Shown here: piece after piece, positions 19,028 to 28,614 of the stretch | How positions within the stretch are numbered: position 1 is the stretch's first letter | How the letters are laid out: each line of letters opens with the position of its first letter | Assembly: GCA_905236455.1 (NCBI GenBank) | Contig: CAJOPT010000096.1 | Coordinates: forward strand, 4,922 to 68,921 | Direction: 5' to 3' | DNA from: an uncultured Prevotella sp. | Lineage (GTDB): Bacteria; Bacteroidota; Bacteroidia; Bacteroidales; Bacteroidaceae | Length of the DNA stretch: 64,000 nt | Notes under the pieces: generated by a model | Seen by the model: the letters and a program-made list of their open reading frames with translations, nothing else | Told to the model about the DNA's origin: nothing | Databases searched by the model: none | Position numbers and translations under genes: made by a program

Positions 19028-19280
19028 GTGTGGCGCAATTGGTGGAAAACTATATGGATAAGCATGGGAGATGACAGTATGCACAATCTGTTTTGAGCTG
19101 TATAAAAAACTTAAATTGCCAAATAATGCGTTTAAGAGCCGTTAATATAGCAATTTATAGTGTTAAATTGGGATAAAGAAAACCGACAAAATGGCAGATT
19201 AACAATTTTTGCGTCTATATTTGCAATCGTTTTTTCAAACAAAGCTCAAAGAGATAAAAAACAAAGAGAGTAAAATAATT

Positions 19281-20744
19281 ATGAAAATGAAAAATCTATC
19301 AAAGTTTTTGCTGGTTGCGGCATGTGTGACCGCACTGGCATTCTCGGCAGGAGCATTCCTAAAGGTAAATGCCACATCCGCCGAAGCACCAGTTTCAGGA
19401 CAACCCGTTGACTTGACCTACGCGGCAGAGAAAGCTCTTCCCTCCGTTGTTCACATCAAATATGTACAAAACTCCAAGGTCAAGACCGTAGAAGTGCAAG
19501 AGGATCCCTTCGGTGGATTCTTCTCTGATCCGTTCGGATTCTTCGGCAATCCTGGCGGAGGAAGTCAGAGACGTCAGGTGCAGACACCAAAGAGAGAGGC
19601 TACCGGTAGTGGTGTCATCATCTCTGTCGACGGTTATATCGTAACTAATAACCACGTTGTTGAGGGTGCCGACGAGCTTACGGTAACGTTGAATGACAAC
19701 CGTGAGTTCTCCGCTCGAATAGTAGGCAACGACAAGACTACCGATTTGGCACTTATCAAGATTGACGGCAAGAACCTGCCTGCCATAACTATCGCAAACA
19801 GCGATGACGTGAAGGTTGGAGAATGGGTCTTGGCAGTTGGCAACCCTCTGGGTCTTAACAATACTGTCACCGCAGGTATCATCAGTGCCAAGGCACGTAC
19901 GTTAGGTGCTAACGGTGTTGAGTCCTTCATACAAACCGACGCTGCCATCAATGCCGGAAACTCTGGCGGCGCGCTCGTAAACACCCGTGGTGAATTGGTT
20001 GGCATCAACGCCATGCTGACATCTCCTACAGGCAGCAACATCGGCTACGGATTTGCCATCCCGACAACTATAATGAATAAAGTTGTTGACGACATCAAGA
20101 CCTATGGAACAGTACAACGCGCTATGATTGGTATTAGTGGACAAGATGTCAAGAACTATGTTGACGTACAGAAAGAACAGGGCAAGGAAGTAGACCTCGG
20201 CACCATGGAGGGTATATATGTTGGTGAAGTCGTTGAAAATGGAGCCGCTGAGGACGCAGGCATAAAGAAGGGTGACGTCATTGTGGCCATCGACGGTCAA
20301 AACGTAACAAAGTTCGGTGAGTTGCAAGGCGTCGTCGCAAAGAAACGTCCAGGTGACAAAGTCAATATTACATACCTGCGCGACAAACGTAAGCATACCG
20401 CCACCATTACCTTAAAGAACGAGCAAGGCAACACTAAGGTTGTCAAGAATGCTGACCTTGACGTTCTTGGCGGCAACTTCCGCGAGATTACCAAGCAGCA
20501 GAAAGAACAGCTCAACATCAGCTACGGTCTTGAGGTTACGAAGGTTAATAACGGAGCGTTAAAGGAGGCTGGAATCAACAGAGGCTTCATAATACAAAAG
20601 ATCAACGACGAGCCGATAAAGACAATAGACCAGCTACAGAAAGCCGTAAAGACGGCATCAACAAGTAAGACACCTGTTTTGTACATAGAAGGTATCTATC
20701 CTACCGGCAAGAAAAGTTATTTTGCCGTTCCGTTGAGCGACTAA
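19281..20744 (+). CDS. htrA: HtrA/DegP family periplasmic serine protease
   Basis: TNNHVV, DLAL, NAGNSGGAL catalytic triad, two PDZ domains, signal peptide. Start set at MKMKNL. TATATTTG at 19216-19223. Confidence 0.95.
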   Translation: MKMKNLSKFLLVAACVTALAFSAGAFLKVNATSAEAPVSGQPVDLTYAAEKALPSVVHIKYVQNSKVKTVEVQEDPFGGFFSDPFGFFGNPGGGSQRRQVQTPKREATGSGVIISVDGYIVTNNHVVEGADELTVTLNDNREFSARIVGNDKTTDLALIKIDGKNLPAITIANSDDVKVGEWVLAVGNPLGLNNTVTAGIISAKARTLGANGVESFIQTDAAINAGNSGGALVNTRGELVGINAMLTSPTGSNIGYGFAIPTTIMNKVVDDIKTYGTVQRAMIGISGQDVKNYVDVQKEQGKEVDLGTMEGIYVGEVVENGAAEDAGIKKGDVIVAIDGQNVTKFGELQGVVAKKRPGDKVNITYLRDKRKHTATITLKNEQGNTKVVKNADLDVLGGNFREITKQQKEQLNISYGLEVTKVNNGALKEAGINRGFIIQKINDEPIKTIDQLQKAVKTASTSKTPVLYIEGIYPTGKKSYFAVPLSD

Positions 20745-20799
20745 AACAATGATTATAAGCAATTTAGAAGACATATTCTAAAGTATAAATATTATTACG

Positions 20800-20826
20800 C
20801 AAAAGGCTTCTTTAAGGAGCCTTTTG
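20800..20826 (+). terminator. Intrinsic terminator after htrA
   Basis: CAAAAGGCTTC-TTTAA-GGAGCCTTTTG. Confidence 0.75.
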
Positions 20827-20938
20827 TTATTTATTATCACACATTTTTTTGTAACAGACCAAATATTCGAGGTAAAATTTGCATAAGAAAACAAAAAACC
20901 GTAAATTTGCACTTGCTTAAAAAACATCATAGAAAAGA

Positions 20939-21802
20939 ATGAGACAACTTAAGATAACAAAATCTATTACAAATCGAGAGAGTGCTTCTCTTGACAAGTA
21001 TTTGCAAGAAATCGGACACGAGGAGCTAATCACTGTTGAAGAGGAAGTTGAGCTTGCCCAACGCATAAAAAAGGGTGACCGAAGCGCTTTGGAGAAGCTT
21101 ACAAAGGCAAACTTGAGATTTGTTGTCTCTGTTGCCAAGCAATACCAGAACCAAGGATTGAGTCTTCCTGATCTAATCAACGAAGGGAATCTTGGTCTCA
21201 TAAAGGCGGCTGAGAAATTTGACGAGACACGTGGGTTCAAATTCATCTCTTATGCCGTCTGGTGGATCCGCCAGAGTATTCTCCAAGCAATCGCCGAGCA
21301 AAGCCGTATTGTCCGCCTTCCACTCAATCAAGTTGGGTCGGTAAACAAAATCACCCGTGCATATAACAAGTTTGAGCAGGAGCATGAGCGCAGACCAAGC
21401 GTCAACGAAATCGCCGACAAGGTAGATTTGCCAGAAGACAAGATTGCCGACGCGATAAAAGTCAATACCCATCATGTTTCTGTCGATGCGCCATTCGCTG
21501 ATGGAGAAGACAATAGCCTGCTTGACATCCTTCCCAACGACAATTCACCAATGGCTGACAAAGAGTTGGTGAAAGAGAGTCTGCGTGAAGAGATAAACCG
21601 CGCCCTACTCTCTCTCAGCGAACGTGAGCGCAACATCATAGAGGCTTTCTTTGGTATCAATCAGCATGAGATGACACTTGAGGAGATAGGAGACAAATAC
21701 GGACTGACACGAGAGCGTGTCCGGCAGATAAAGGAAAAGGCAATACGCCGTCTTCGCCATAACACTAAGAACAAATTGCTTAAGACATATCTTGGAGAAT
21801 AG
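20939..21802 (+). CDS. rpoD: Primary sigma factor, Bacteroidetes type (lacks region 1.1)
   Basis: [67 protein letters not shown] at 20902-20909. Confidence 0.97.
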   Translation: MRQLKITKSITNRESASLDKYLQEIGHEELITVEEEVELAQRIKKGDRSALEKLTKANLRFVVSVAKQYQNQGLSLPDLINEGNLGLIKAAEKFDETRGFKFISYAVWWIRQSILQAIAEQSRIVRLPLNQVGSVNKITRAYNKFEQEHERRPSVNEIADKVDLPEDKIADAIKVNTHHVSVDAPFADGEDNSLLDILPNDNSPMADKELVKESLREEINRALLSLSERERNIIEAFFGINQHEMTLEEIGDKYGLTRERVRQIKEKAIRRLRHNTKNKLLKTYLGE

Positions 21803-21839
21803 GTATTATAAATAAATTTTGAAGGTAATAAGATTAAGA

Positions 21840-22412
21840 ATGAATAGACCCAACAATAGAACAAGACTTAAAGGAATAGGATTATGCTTATTTCTTAGTC
21901 TCTTGTCTTGGATGCAGGCATGTCCCGTCTCAGCCAAGGATGGGGATAGCCATAAAGTAGACAAAATCTACATGTTCGGCTTTGCCGCATCCTTCACAGA
22001 CTCATTAGTATACTTTACCGAGATTCAGACTGTCAGAGGTGCCTATATAACGAACAAGAAAGATTTCCTTGTAAACCGTGAGGAGTATTCCAATCAGCTT
22101 CGCAACTATCTCAGGACTAAAGGAAACCAGCATCCCACATGTGTCACAATATACGGGACGAACTTGAAAGCGGTGGCAAAAGAATATGTTAAGTTAAAAG
22201 AAAAGTATACCAAGAAAGCAAAAGGTAACTTTATATTGAAAGACATAGAGAGCAACTCTTTTCAGTACAAACCTGTCGAGCCAGAAGAGGGCATGGTAAT
22301 AGTAGACTCAAAAGAGGCAGAGAAAGCCGCTCGTGAAGCTAAAAAAGAGGGAAAGAATATAAACAGAGGACCCAAGCCTCCAAAGGAAGGAGTTTCTGGT
22401 GACCAGCATTAA
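21840..22412 (+). CDS. Exported hypothetical protein (signal peptide)
   Basis: Basic n-region, h-region GLCLFLSLLSWM, VSA-K cleavage site. 14-nt overlap with the next gene. Confidence 0.75.
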   Translation: MNRPNNRTRLKGIGLCLFLSLLSWMQACPVSAKDGDSHKVDKIYMFGFAASFTDSLVYFTEIQTVRGAYITNKKDFLVNREEYSNQLRNYLRTKGNQHPTCVTIYGTNLKAVAKEYVKLKEKYTKKAKGNFILKDIESNSFQYKPVEPEEGMVIVDSKEAEKAAREAKKEGKNINRGPKPPKEGVSGDQH

Positions 22413-23289
22413 TCATTTCGTTGTCGCAGATCACAACATCTGTATTACTTTTCAGGATTCCCGTATAAACAATATGGGGCTTCTGCGCTCGTTCGAGCCG
22501 TTCAGGGTAAAGGATAATAATGATAAGAAACTATTCTTCCGACTGACAATTGACGATACCATCCGCCCAGTGGAGAAGTCACGCAGAGAGAGAATCCGTA
22601 CCTTTGACACAGGGAATGGAGATACTATTGTAGATAGAATCGATGACGGTGGCTACCAATATATCATCAAAGACCTTAAAGGTGGGGAATGCGCCCTTGT
22701 CATTACTAACAAAGATTTCTCTGATTGCCGATGTGCGTTAAACGGAAACTACGACATGCGGTGCTTCGGACTAAATAACGCATTGATGCTTGTCTTTGCT
22801 TTCGCGGGAAGTCGCCAACAGACACTTCTTGTACATGCCTCTCTGGTAAGGAATAATAACTATGGATATGCGTTTATCGCAAAGAGTGGTACGGGGAAAA
22901 GCACACAGGTAAGTATGTGGCTTAGGTACATCCCGGGATGCGACCTGATGAATGACGATAATCCCATTATACGCATAATTGACGGTCAGCCATATATATA
23001 TGGAAGTCCTTGGAGCGGCAAGACTCCATGCTACCGTAATGTGAAAGCACGCCTCGGTGCCATTACACGCATTGACCGCGCACAAGAGAACTCCATAGAG
23101 CAACTACCTCCAATAGAGGCATTTGCCTCTTTCCTACCCTCGTGTTCCTCTATGAAATGGGATAATGAGATTTATAATGCGATTTGTGATACCATCACAA
23201 AAGTTATAGAAACAACGAATATCTATACATTACATTGCCTTCCAGATAGAGAATCTGCAATTTTATGTCACAAAGAGATATCAAAATAA
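22399..23289 (+). CDS. HprK/PEPCK-like P-loop kinase
   Basis: HAS (His146), Walker A AKSGTGKST, NDD, YGSPWSGK. GTG start. Confidence 0.85.
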   Translation: MTSINHFVVADHNICITFQDSRINNMGLLRSFEPFRVKDNNDKKLFFRLTIDDTIRPVEKSRRERIRTFDTGNGDTIVDRIDDGGYQYIIKDLKGGECALVITNKDFSDCRCALNGNYDMRCFGLNNALMLVFAFAGSRQQTLLVHASLVRNNNYGYAFIAKSGTGKSTQVSMWLRYIPGCDLMNDDNPIIRIIDGQPYIYGSPWSGKTPCYRNVKARLGAITRIDRAQENSIEQLPPIEAFASFLPSCSSMKWDNEIYNAICDTITKVIETTNIYTLHCLPDRESAILCHKEISK

Positions 23290-23750
23290 ACGAGATACAG
23301 TTCCCAAATGCGGAGTTCCTGCCAAAGGTGGTAGAGATGCTTAATGAAGGGCATACTGTAACCTTGCGTCTCAGAGGATTCTCTATGCGTCCGTTTCTTG
23401 AAGACAATCGTGACAAGGCATTACTCACAAAACCGGTAAACCCACAGATAAATGCTCCGGTACTGGCTGAAATCTCACCTGGACATTTCGTGTTGCATCG
23501 TATTATTGACATTCAAGGCGACAATGTCACTTTACGAGGTGATGGCAACCTCGCATGTGAGAGATGCAAGAAGGAAGACATTGTGGGAGACATCATAGGT
23601 TTTTATCGGAAAGGCAGGAACACACTTGACCGGATTGATGGAAAGAAATGGAAAATATATTCATGGTGGTGGACTCGCTTGTATCCTGCCAGAAGATATT
23701 TACTGGCATTCTATCGTAGGATATGGATTCCCATTTTTGGTGTCATCTGA
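23265..23750 (+). CDS. S24/S26 family peptidase (soluble)
   Basis: GFSMRP (Ser40), VLHRI (His78), RGDGN (Asp93). Confidence 0.85.
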   Translation: MSQRDIKINEIQFPNAEFLPKVVEMLNEGHTVTLRLRGFSMRPFLEDNRDKALLTKPVNPQINAPVLAEISPGHFVLHRIIDIQGDNVTLRGDGNLACERCKKEDIVGDIIGFYRKGRNTLDRIDGKKWKIYSWWWTRLYPARRYLLAFYRRIWIPIFGVI

Positions 23751-23792
23751 TTATTAAAACAACAATAAAGCATTCAAAATACTATATCAACA

Positions 23793-24182
23793 ATGAAAGC
23801 AAAACCAGGATTCAAACTTCGCGAAGTGTGCGGAGAACAGATTATCGTAGCTGAAGGAAAGGAGAATATTGATTTCAGCAATATCATCAGTATGAATGAG
23901 AGCTCAGCATATCTTTGGGAAAGAATACAAGATAAGGATTTTACCATTGACGACCTCGCCAATCTGCTCCTTGAACAATATGAGGTTGATGTGGAGACGG
24001 CAAAGAAAGATGTCACTACTCTTGCCGCACAATGGGGGAAAGCTGGTATTATCGAAGGAAACGACATACCTCAGATTGACGTTACTTTTGCAAAACCAGC
24101 CTTTCAAGACAGCCCGGATGCGACAGACAATAGTTCCAAGAAAGGCAAGAAAGGATTCTTCTCGAAGCTTCTGAAGAGATAA
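23793..24182 (+). CDS. PqqD family RiPP recognition element (RRE) protein with C-terminal extension
   Basis: FKLREVCGEQIIV...MNESSAYLWERIQ...YEVDVETAKKDV...GIIE: three strands plus three helices, then a 41-aa tail. Confidence 0.9.
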   Translation: MKAKPGFKLREVCGEQIIVAEGKENIDFSNIISMNESSAYLWERIQDKDFTIDDLANLLLEQYEVDVETAKKDVTTLAAQWGKAGIIEGNDIPQIDVTFAKPAFQDSPDATDNSSKKGKKGFFSKLLKR

Positions 24183-24250
24183 CATATTACTTTACCCCAA
24201 CTTCTTCAGGAGATTTGTCTATAGTAATAAACTACACATCATATTCAAGA

Positions 24251-24871
24251 ATGGAAGAATTACTTAAATATTTCCCAAAATTATCTGAGAAACAACAACG
24301 GCAATATGCGGCGTTGTATGATTTGTATCAGGATTGGAATGCAAAGATTAACGTTATCTCAAGAAAAGACATAGAGAACTTGTACGAGCATCATGTGTTA
24401 CATTCTCTTGCAATAGCAAAAGCCCTGAACTTCAGTGACGGCACGAAGATACTCGACTTTGGTACTGGCGGTGGCTTTCCAGGCATACCGCTGGCGATAA
24501 TGTTTCCCAATGTCCAGTTTAAGTTGATTGATGGAACAGGCAAGAAAATACTTGTTGCAAATGAAGTGGCTAAATCAATTGGCCTTGAGAACATTACCGC
24601 TGAGCATATAAGAGGTGAGGAGGAGAATGGCAAATACGACTTCATCGTAAGCCGTGCCGTTATGCCCCTACCCGATTTAGTTAAAATCGTGCGCAAAAAC
24701 ATCTCCAACAAACATCATAACGCAATGCTCAACGGAATTCTCGTTCTAAAAGGCGGTAATGTTGACAGCGAGATACACCCTTTCCGAAAGAATGTTGAGG
24801 TGTTAAAAATCAAAAACTGGTTCAAGGAAGAATGGTTTGATGAAAAGAATGTTATTTATTTACCTATATAG
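24251..24871 (+). CDS. rsmG: 16S rRNA m7G527 methyltransferase
   Basis: WNAKINVISR, HVLHSL, DFGTGGGFPGIPLAI, SRAV. Start set at MEELLKYF. Confidence 0.97.
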   Translation: MEELLKYFPKLSEKQQRQYAALYDLYQDWNAKINVISRKDIENLYEHHVLHSLAIAKALNFSDGTKILDFGTGGGFPGIPLAIMFPNVQFKLIDGTGKKILVANEVAKSIGLENITAEHIRGEEENGKYDFIVSRAVMPLPDLVKIVRKNISNKHHNAMLNGILVLKGGNVDSEIHPFRKNVEVLKIKNWFKEEWFDEKNVIYLPI

Positions 24872-24876
24872 AAATC

Positions 24877-25527
24877 ATGAGTAATATTAATATAAAATGT
24901 TTCTCTTGCAACATGCTACAAGAAAATTGTTATGTTGTAAGCGACGACACTAAAGAATGTGTTATCATCGATTGTGGAGCTTATTATGATGAAGAGGGAA
25001 AGGCAATCGTTGATTATATAAATTCCAATGGGCTTCACCCTGTGCATCTTCTTGTTACCCACGGACATATTGATCACAACTTTGGCAATCATATTGTTTT
25101 TAAAGCTTTCGGCTTAAGACCTGAAGTGTCCGGGCAAGACGAAGACTATATCATTAACTTAAGCGAGCAGGCAGAAAGAATCTTCCACATCTCATTCGAC
25201 ATAGAGCCTGTGTCGCCAATAAAGATTTTTAAGGAAAACGAGACAATCACATTTGGCAACCACAAGCTAAAAATATTAGAGACACCTGGACACTCGCGGG
25301 GAAGCGTGTGCTTTTATGAGGAAGATGAGCATGTGCTATTTACAGGTGACACACTTTTCCGCAACTCCATTGGCAGGACTGATCTTGGAGGTGGCTCAAT
25401 GATGCAAATCATACAAAGCTTGCGCTTCCTTGCGCAATTACCAGATGACACTGAGGTCTATCCCGGTCATGGAGCGAAGACGACAATAGGTTTCGAGCTT
25501 GAGCATAATCCATATATGGAAAGATGA
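24877..25527 (+). CDS. MBL-fold metallo-hydrolase (glyoxalase II-like)
   Basis: THGHIDH, TPGHSRG, FTGDTLF, YPGHG. Confidence 0.93.
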   Translation: MSNINIKCFSCNMLQENCYVVSDDTKECVIIDCGAYYDEEGKAIVDYINSNGLHPVHLLVTHGHIDHNFGNHIVFKAFGLRPEVSGQDEDYIINLSEQAERIFHISFDIEPVSPIKIFKENETITFGNHKLKILETPGHSRGSVCFYEEDEHVLFTGDTLFRNSIGRTDLGGGSMMQIIQSLRFLAQLPDDTEVYPGHGAKTTIGFELEHNPYMER

Positions 25528-25531
25528 CAAT

Positions 25532-26098
25532 ATGAAGGCAGAGAAAATCATACTCGGCATTGACCCTGGAACGAACGTAATGGGGTACGGCATTATTCGC
25601 GTTGTCGGCAACAAGGCGGAATTGGTCGTGATGGGTGTGATTGACATGCGTAAGGAAAATGACCCGTATCTTCGCTTAGGACGTATCTTTGAGAGGGTTA
25701 CAGGTATCATAAAGGAATATCTGCCTGATGAAATGGCTATCGAGGCTCCATTTTTCGGGAAAAACGTACAATCAATGCTAAAGCTCGGACGCGCTCAAGG
25801 CGTAGCCATTGCCGCGGCAATAGAAAGAGACATTCCAATTCACGAGTATGCTCCATTGAAAATAAAAATGGCTATTACCGGCAATGGCGGAGCATCAAAG
25901 GAACAGGTTGCGGGAATGTTAAAACGGCTCTTGAATATCAATGATAACGACATGCCGAAGTTCATGGACGCAACTGATGCGTTAGGTGCCGCCTATTGCC
26001 ACTTCATGCAGATGGGGCGTCCTGAGAGTGACAAACATTTCAGTAGTTGGAAAGATTTTGTAAACAAGAATCAAAGAAGAGTCAGTAAAGTGCAATAA
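25532..26098 (+). CDS. ruvC: Holliday junction resolvase
   Basis: [28 protein letters not shown]. Confidence 0.97.
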   Translation: MKAEKIILGIDPGTNVMGYGIIRVVGNKAELVVMGVIDMRKENDPYLRLGRIFERVTGIIKEYLPDEMAIEAPFFGKNVQSMLKLGRAQGVAIAAAIERDIPIHEYAPLKIKMAITGNGGASKEQVAGMLKRLLNINDNDMPKFMDATDALGAAYCHFMQMGRPESDKHFSSWKDFVNKNQRRVSKVQ

Positions 26099-26156
26099 TA
26101 AAATTTGTGGCAGCTAAAATCAAAACATAACTGCCCCATAAACAATTAATTAGAAG

Positions 26157-27686
26157 ATGCAGAGGACTATACATATAGAAAATGGAGTATGCAAGCTGCC
26201 AAAATGGAGAATGGCTGAGCCTGTCAACTTCTCCGCATACGACGGTGAGCATCTTGCCATTATTGGTCCTAACGGCGGAGGTAAATCCATGTTTTTAGAC
26301 ATGATGGTAGGTAGGCATCCTATGTTCCCTGACATGATAGGATACGACTTCTCGCCTAACAAGAGTAGCCTTGCGTCGGATAACATCAAATACATTACCT
26401 TCCGCGATACATACGGAGGCGACAACGACCGTACGTACTTCTTACAACAGAGATGGAACCAGATGGAAATAGATATGGAGACGCCGACTGCCGGAGATAA
26501 ATTGGAAGAGGCTTTCCTTATGTATGGCGAAGACACTCCAAGCAGGAGAGAGGTCCAAAGAAGTATTTACAAATTATTCAACATGGAGCACCTTCTTGAC
26601 AAATACATTATTCTCTTGTCAAGTGGTGAGCTCAGGAAGCTTAAACTGGCATCAACACTTTTTGCGGCTCCACGAATACTTATAATAGACAACCCATTTA
26701 TTGGTCTTGACTCAGAAACAAGAGAACAGCTGTCCGAGCTCTTACGCTCAATAGCAAAAAGAGGCTGTCTGGAGAATACGCTCGAGAACCACGACAACAC
26801 ACCATCGCTGAGGATTCAAATAATTTTGGTGTTGTCAAGAACTGACGATATACCTGACTTCATTACCCATGTTGTCGAGGTCAAGGATATGAAGGTGACA
26901 TACAAGAAAGAAATGAAGGATTATCTTGCCGCAAGACCTTCATCTAACACACACATATTGTCACGCCAGATGGAAAAGGAAATCCTACAGCTGCCATATT
27001 CCGACAAGGAATATCATACTCAAGAGATCATAAACATGCGAAACGTGAGTATAAGATATGGCAAACGCACTATATTGAAAGACTTAAACTGGATTGTCAG
27101 AAACGGTGAGCGATGGGCATTAAGCGGACAGAACGGTGCCGGAAAAAGTACTTTACTGAGTCTTGTATGCGCCGACAATCCACAAAGCTACGCATGCGAC
27201 ATCACACTTTTCGACCAGCAACGGGGTACTGGCGAGACCATCTGGGACATAAAGAGACATATAGGATATGTATCGCCTGAGATGCATCGCTCATATCAGC
27301 GCAATATTCCAGCCATACGTATTGTGGCAAGTGGTCTTAAAGACTCCATAGGACTATATGTAAAACCATCGGATGATGATTTTGTAAAATGCAGGTTCTG
27401 GATGAAAGTCTTTGGCATAGAAGGAAAAGAAAGCACATCGTTCCTGGAACTGTCAAGTGGCGAGCAACGCCTGGTTCTACTTGCCCGCGCTTTCGTAAAA
27501 GACCCGGAGCTGCTTATACTTGATGAGCCTCTCCACGGATTGGATGATGCCAACAGGCAACTGGTTAAAGACGTAATAAACGTATTTTGCCAAAGAAAGA
27601 ATAAAACTATGATTATGGTGACACATTATCAAAAGGAATTGCCTGAATGCATTGACCATAGTCTTTTTCTACAGAGACATGCATGA
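26157..27686 (+). CDS. ModF-like tandem ABC ATPase
   Basis: Two NBDs: GPNGGGKS/LSSGE and GQNGAGKST/LSSGEQR/ILDEP. Confidence 0.85.
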   Translation: MQRTIHIENGVCKLPKWRMAEPVNFSAYDGEHLAIIGPNGGGKSMFLDMMVGRHPMFPDMIGYDFSPNKSSLASDNIKYITFRDTYGGDNDRTYFLQQRWNQMEIDMETPTAGDKLEEAFLMYGEDTPSRREVQRSIYKLFNMEHLLDKYIILLSSGELRKLKLASTLFAAPRILIIDNPFIGLDSETREQLSELLRSIAKRGCLENTLENHDNTPSLRIQIILVLSRTDDIPDFITHVVEVKDMKVTYKKEMKDYLAARPSSNTHILSRQMEKEILQLPYSDKEYHTQEIINMRNVSIRYGKRTILKDLNWIVRNGERWALSGQNGAGKSTLLSLVCADNPQSYACDITLFDQQRGTGETIWDIKRHIGYVSPEMHRSYQRNIPAIRIVASGLKDSIGLYVKPSDDDFVKCRFWMKVFGIEGKESTSFLELSSGEQRLVLLARAFVKDPELLILDEPLHGLDDANRQLVKDVINVFCQRKNKTMIMVTHYQKELPECIDHSLFLQRHA

Positions 27687-27751
27687 ATAAAATTAATCGT
27701 AAGAGAATTATAAACGTCTAAAATAAACAAACCATAAATATCAAATTGCAA

Positions 27752-28264
27752 ATGAAAAAGATTTTAATTTTATTAATGATGGCATCAATAACGATGACCA
27801 GTCAGGCACAAGAGGTTTTCAAGGTTATCTATGAAAGTAGTAACAAAACTCTCAATGACCCGAAAGAAGATGTAAATGTGAGGAAAATAGCATTGTTCAA
27901 AGTTGATGCTCTAACCTATCTTAACACTAAGGCTTTGGAAGAGATGGGTGATTCCACACGTGACATTACCACTGAGGTCATGGCACGGCTTATCGCACAA
28001 CGTGATAGTCAGGCTTATTATATGTACGACTATGTCAATTTGCTTATGACTGAGTTCGCACGCGCTAACAACAAAAAGGAAAAGAGCAACATTATTAAAC
28101 TCTTTCATGACACAAGCATAACCAATCCTTTGTACAATGAGCCAGACAGAAATCTGGTTATGGCATACGCCAACCGTGAAGACTTTCTCACTCAGTTCTC
28201 ATTAGACACAGATTGGATTAAAGCCTGTGCTGAAGTACGAAGGAAACTAAGAGAAAGACAATAG
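27752..28264 (+). CDS. Exported hypothetical protein
   Basis: Signal peptide MKKILILLMMASITMTSQA-Q. Confidence 0.8.
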   Translation: MKKILILLMMASITMTSQAQEVFKVIYESSNKTLNDPKEDVNVRKIALFKVDALTYLNTKALEEMGDSTRDITTEVMARLIAQRDSQAYYMYDYVNLLMTEFARANNKKEKSNIIKLFHDTSITNPLYNEPDRNLVMAYANREDFLTQFSLDTDWIKACAEVRRKLRERQ

Positions 28265-28334
28265 TATTATACAGTAATGATTCTGTGCTCTTGTGTGGAA
28301 ACACAATTTGTTTTAGAAAAAAAGCACAAAAAGT

Positions 28335-28365
28335 TTTGGTATTTAGAAAAAATATCATAACTTTG
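28335..28365 (+). promoter_or_regulatory. sigmaA promoter (-33/-7)
   Basis: TTTG 28335-28338, 19-nt spacer, TAACTTTG 28358-28365. Confidence 0.75.
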
Positions 28366-28425
28366 CAATCGTTATCCTGAAAACAATCTTTTTACCTTAA
28401 AAGAACTAATACCTATTGAAGATTG

Positions 28426-28461
28426 AAGCGATCGCCTGCGAAGGTCATCGCTTTGTTTTTT
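28426..28461 (+). terminator. Intrinsic terminator ~60 nt downstream of the promoter
   Basis: AAGCGATCGCCT-GCGA-AGGTCATCGCTT followed by TGTTTTTT. Confidence 0.65.
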
Positions 28462-28614
28462 ATAGGGAGTTCATATATTACGCGACCTTTATTGTTAAAT
28501 ACACATAAATTTGACTGGGAATATTCATTGCCTATAAACTTTTTGCGTACTTTTGCATCGAAGAAAGAAAACTTTATTAAAAGAATAAAATTAATTTGTA
28601 AAGTATATACAAAA

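Noticed and set aside
28423-28614. N-terminal extension of the DUF1573 ORF given by the ORF track
   Set aside because: It overlaps a terminator and a promoter. The signal peptide starts at ATG 28615.
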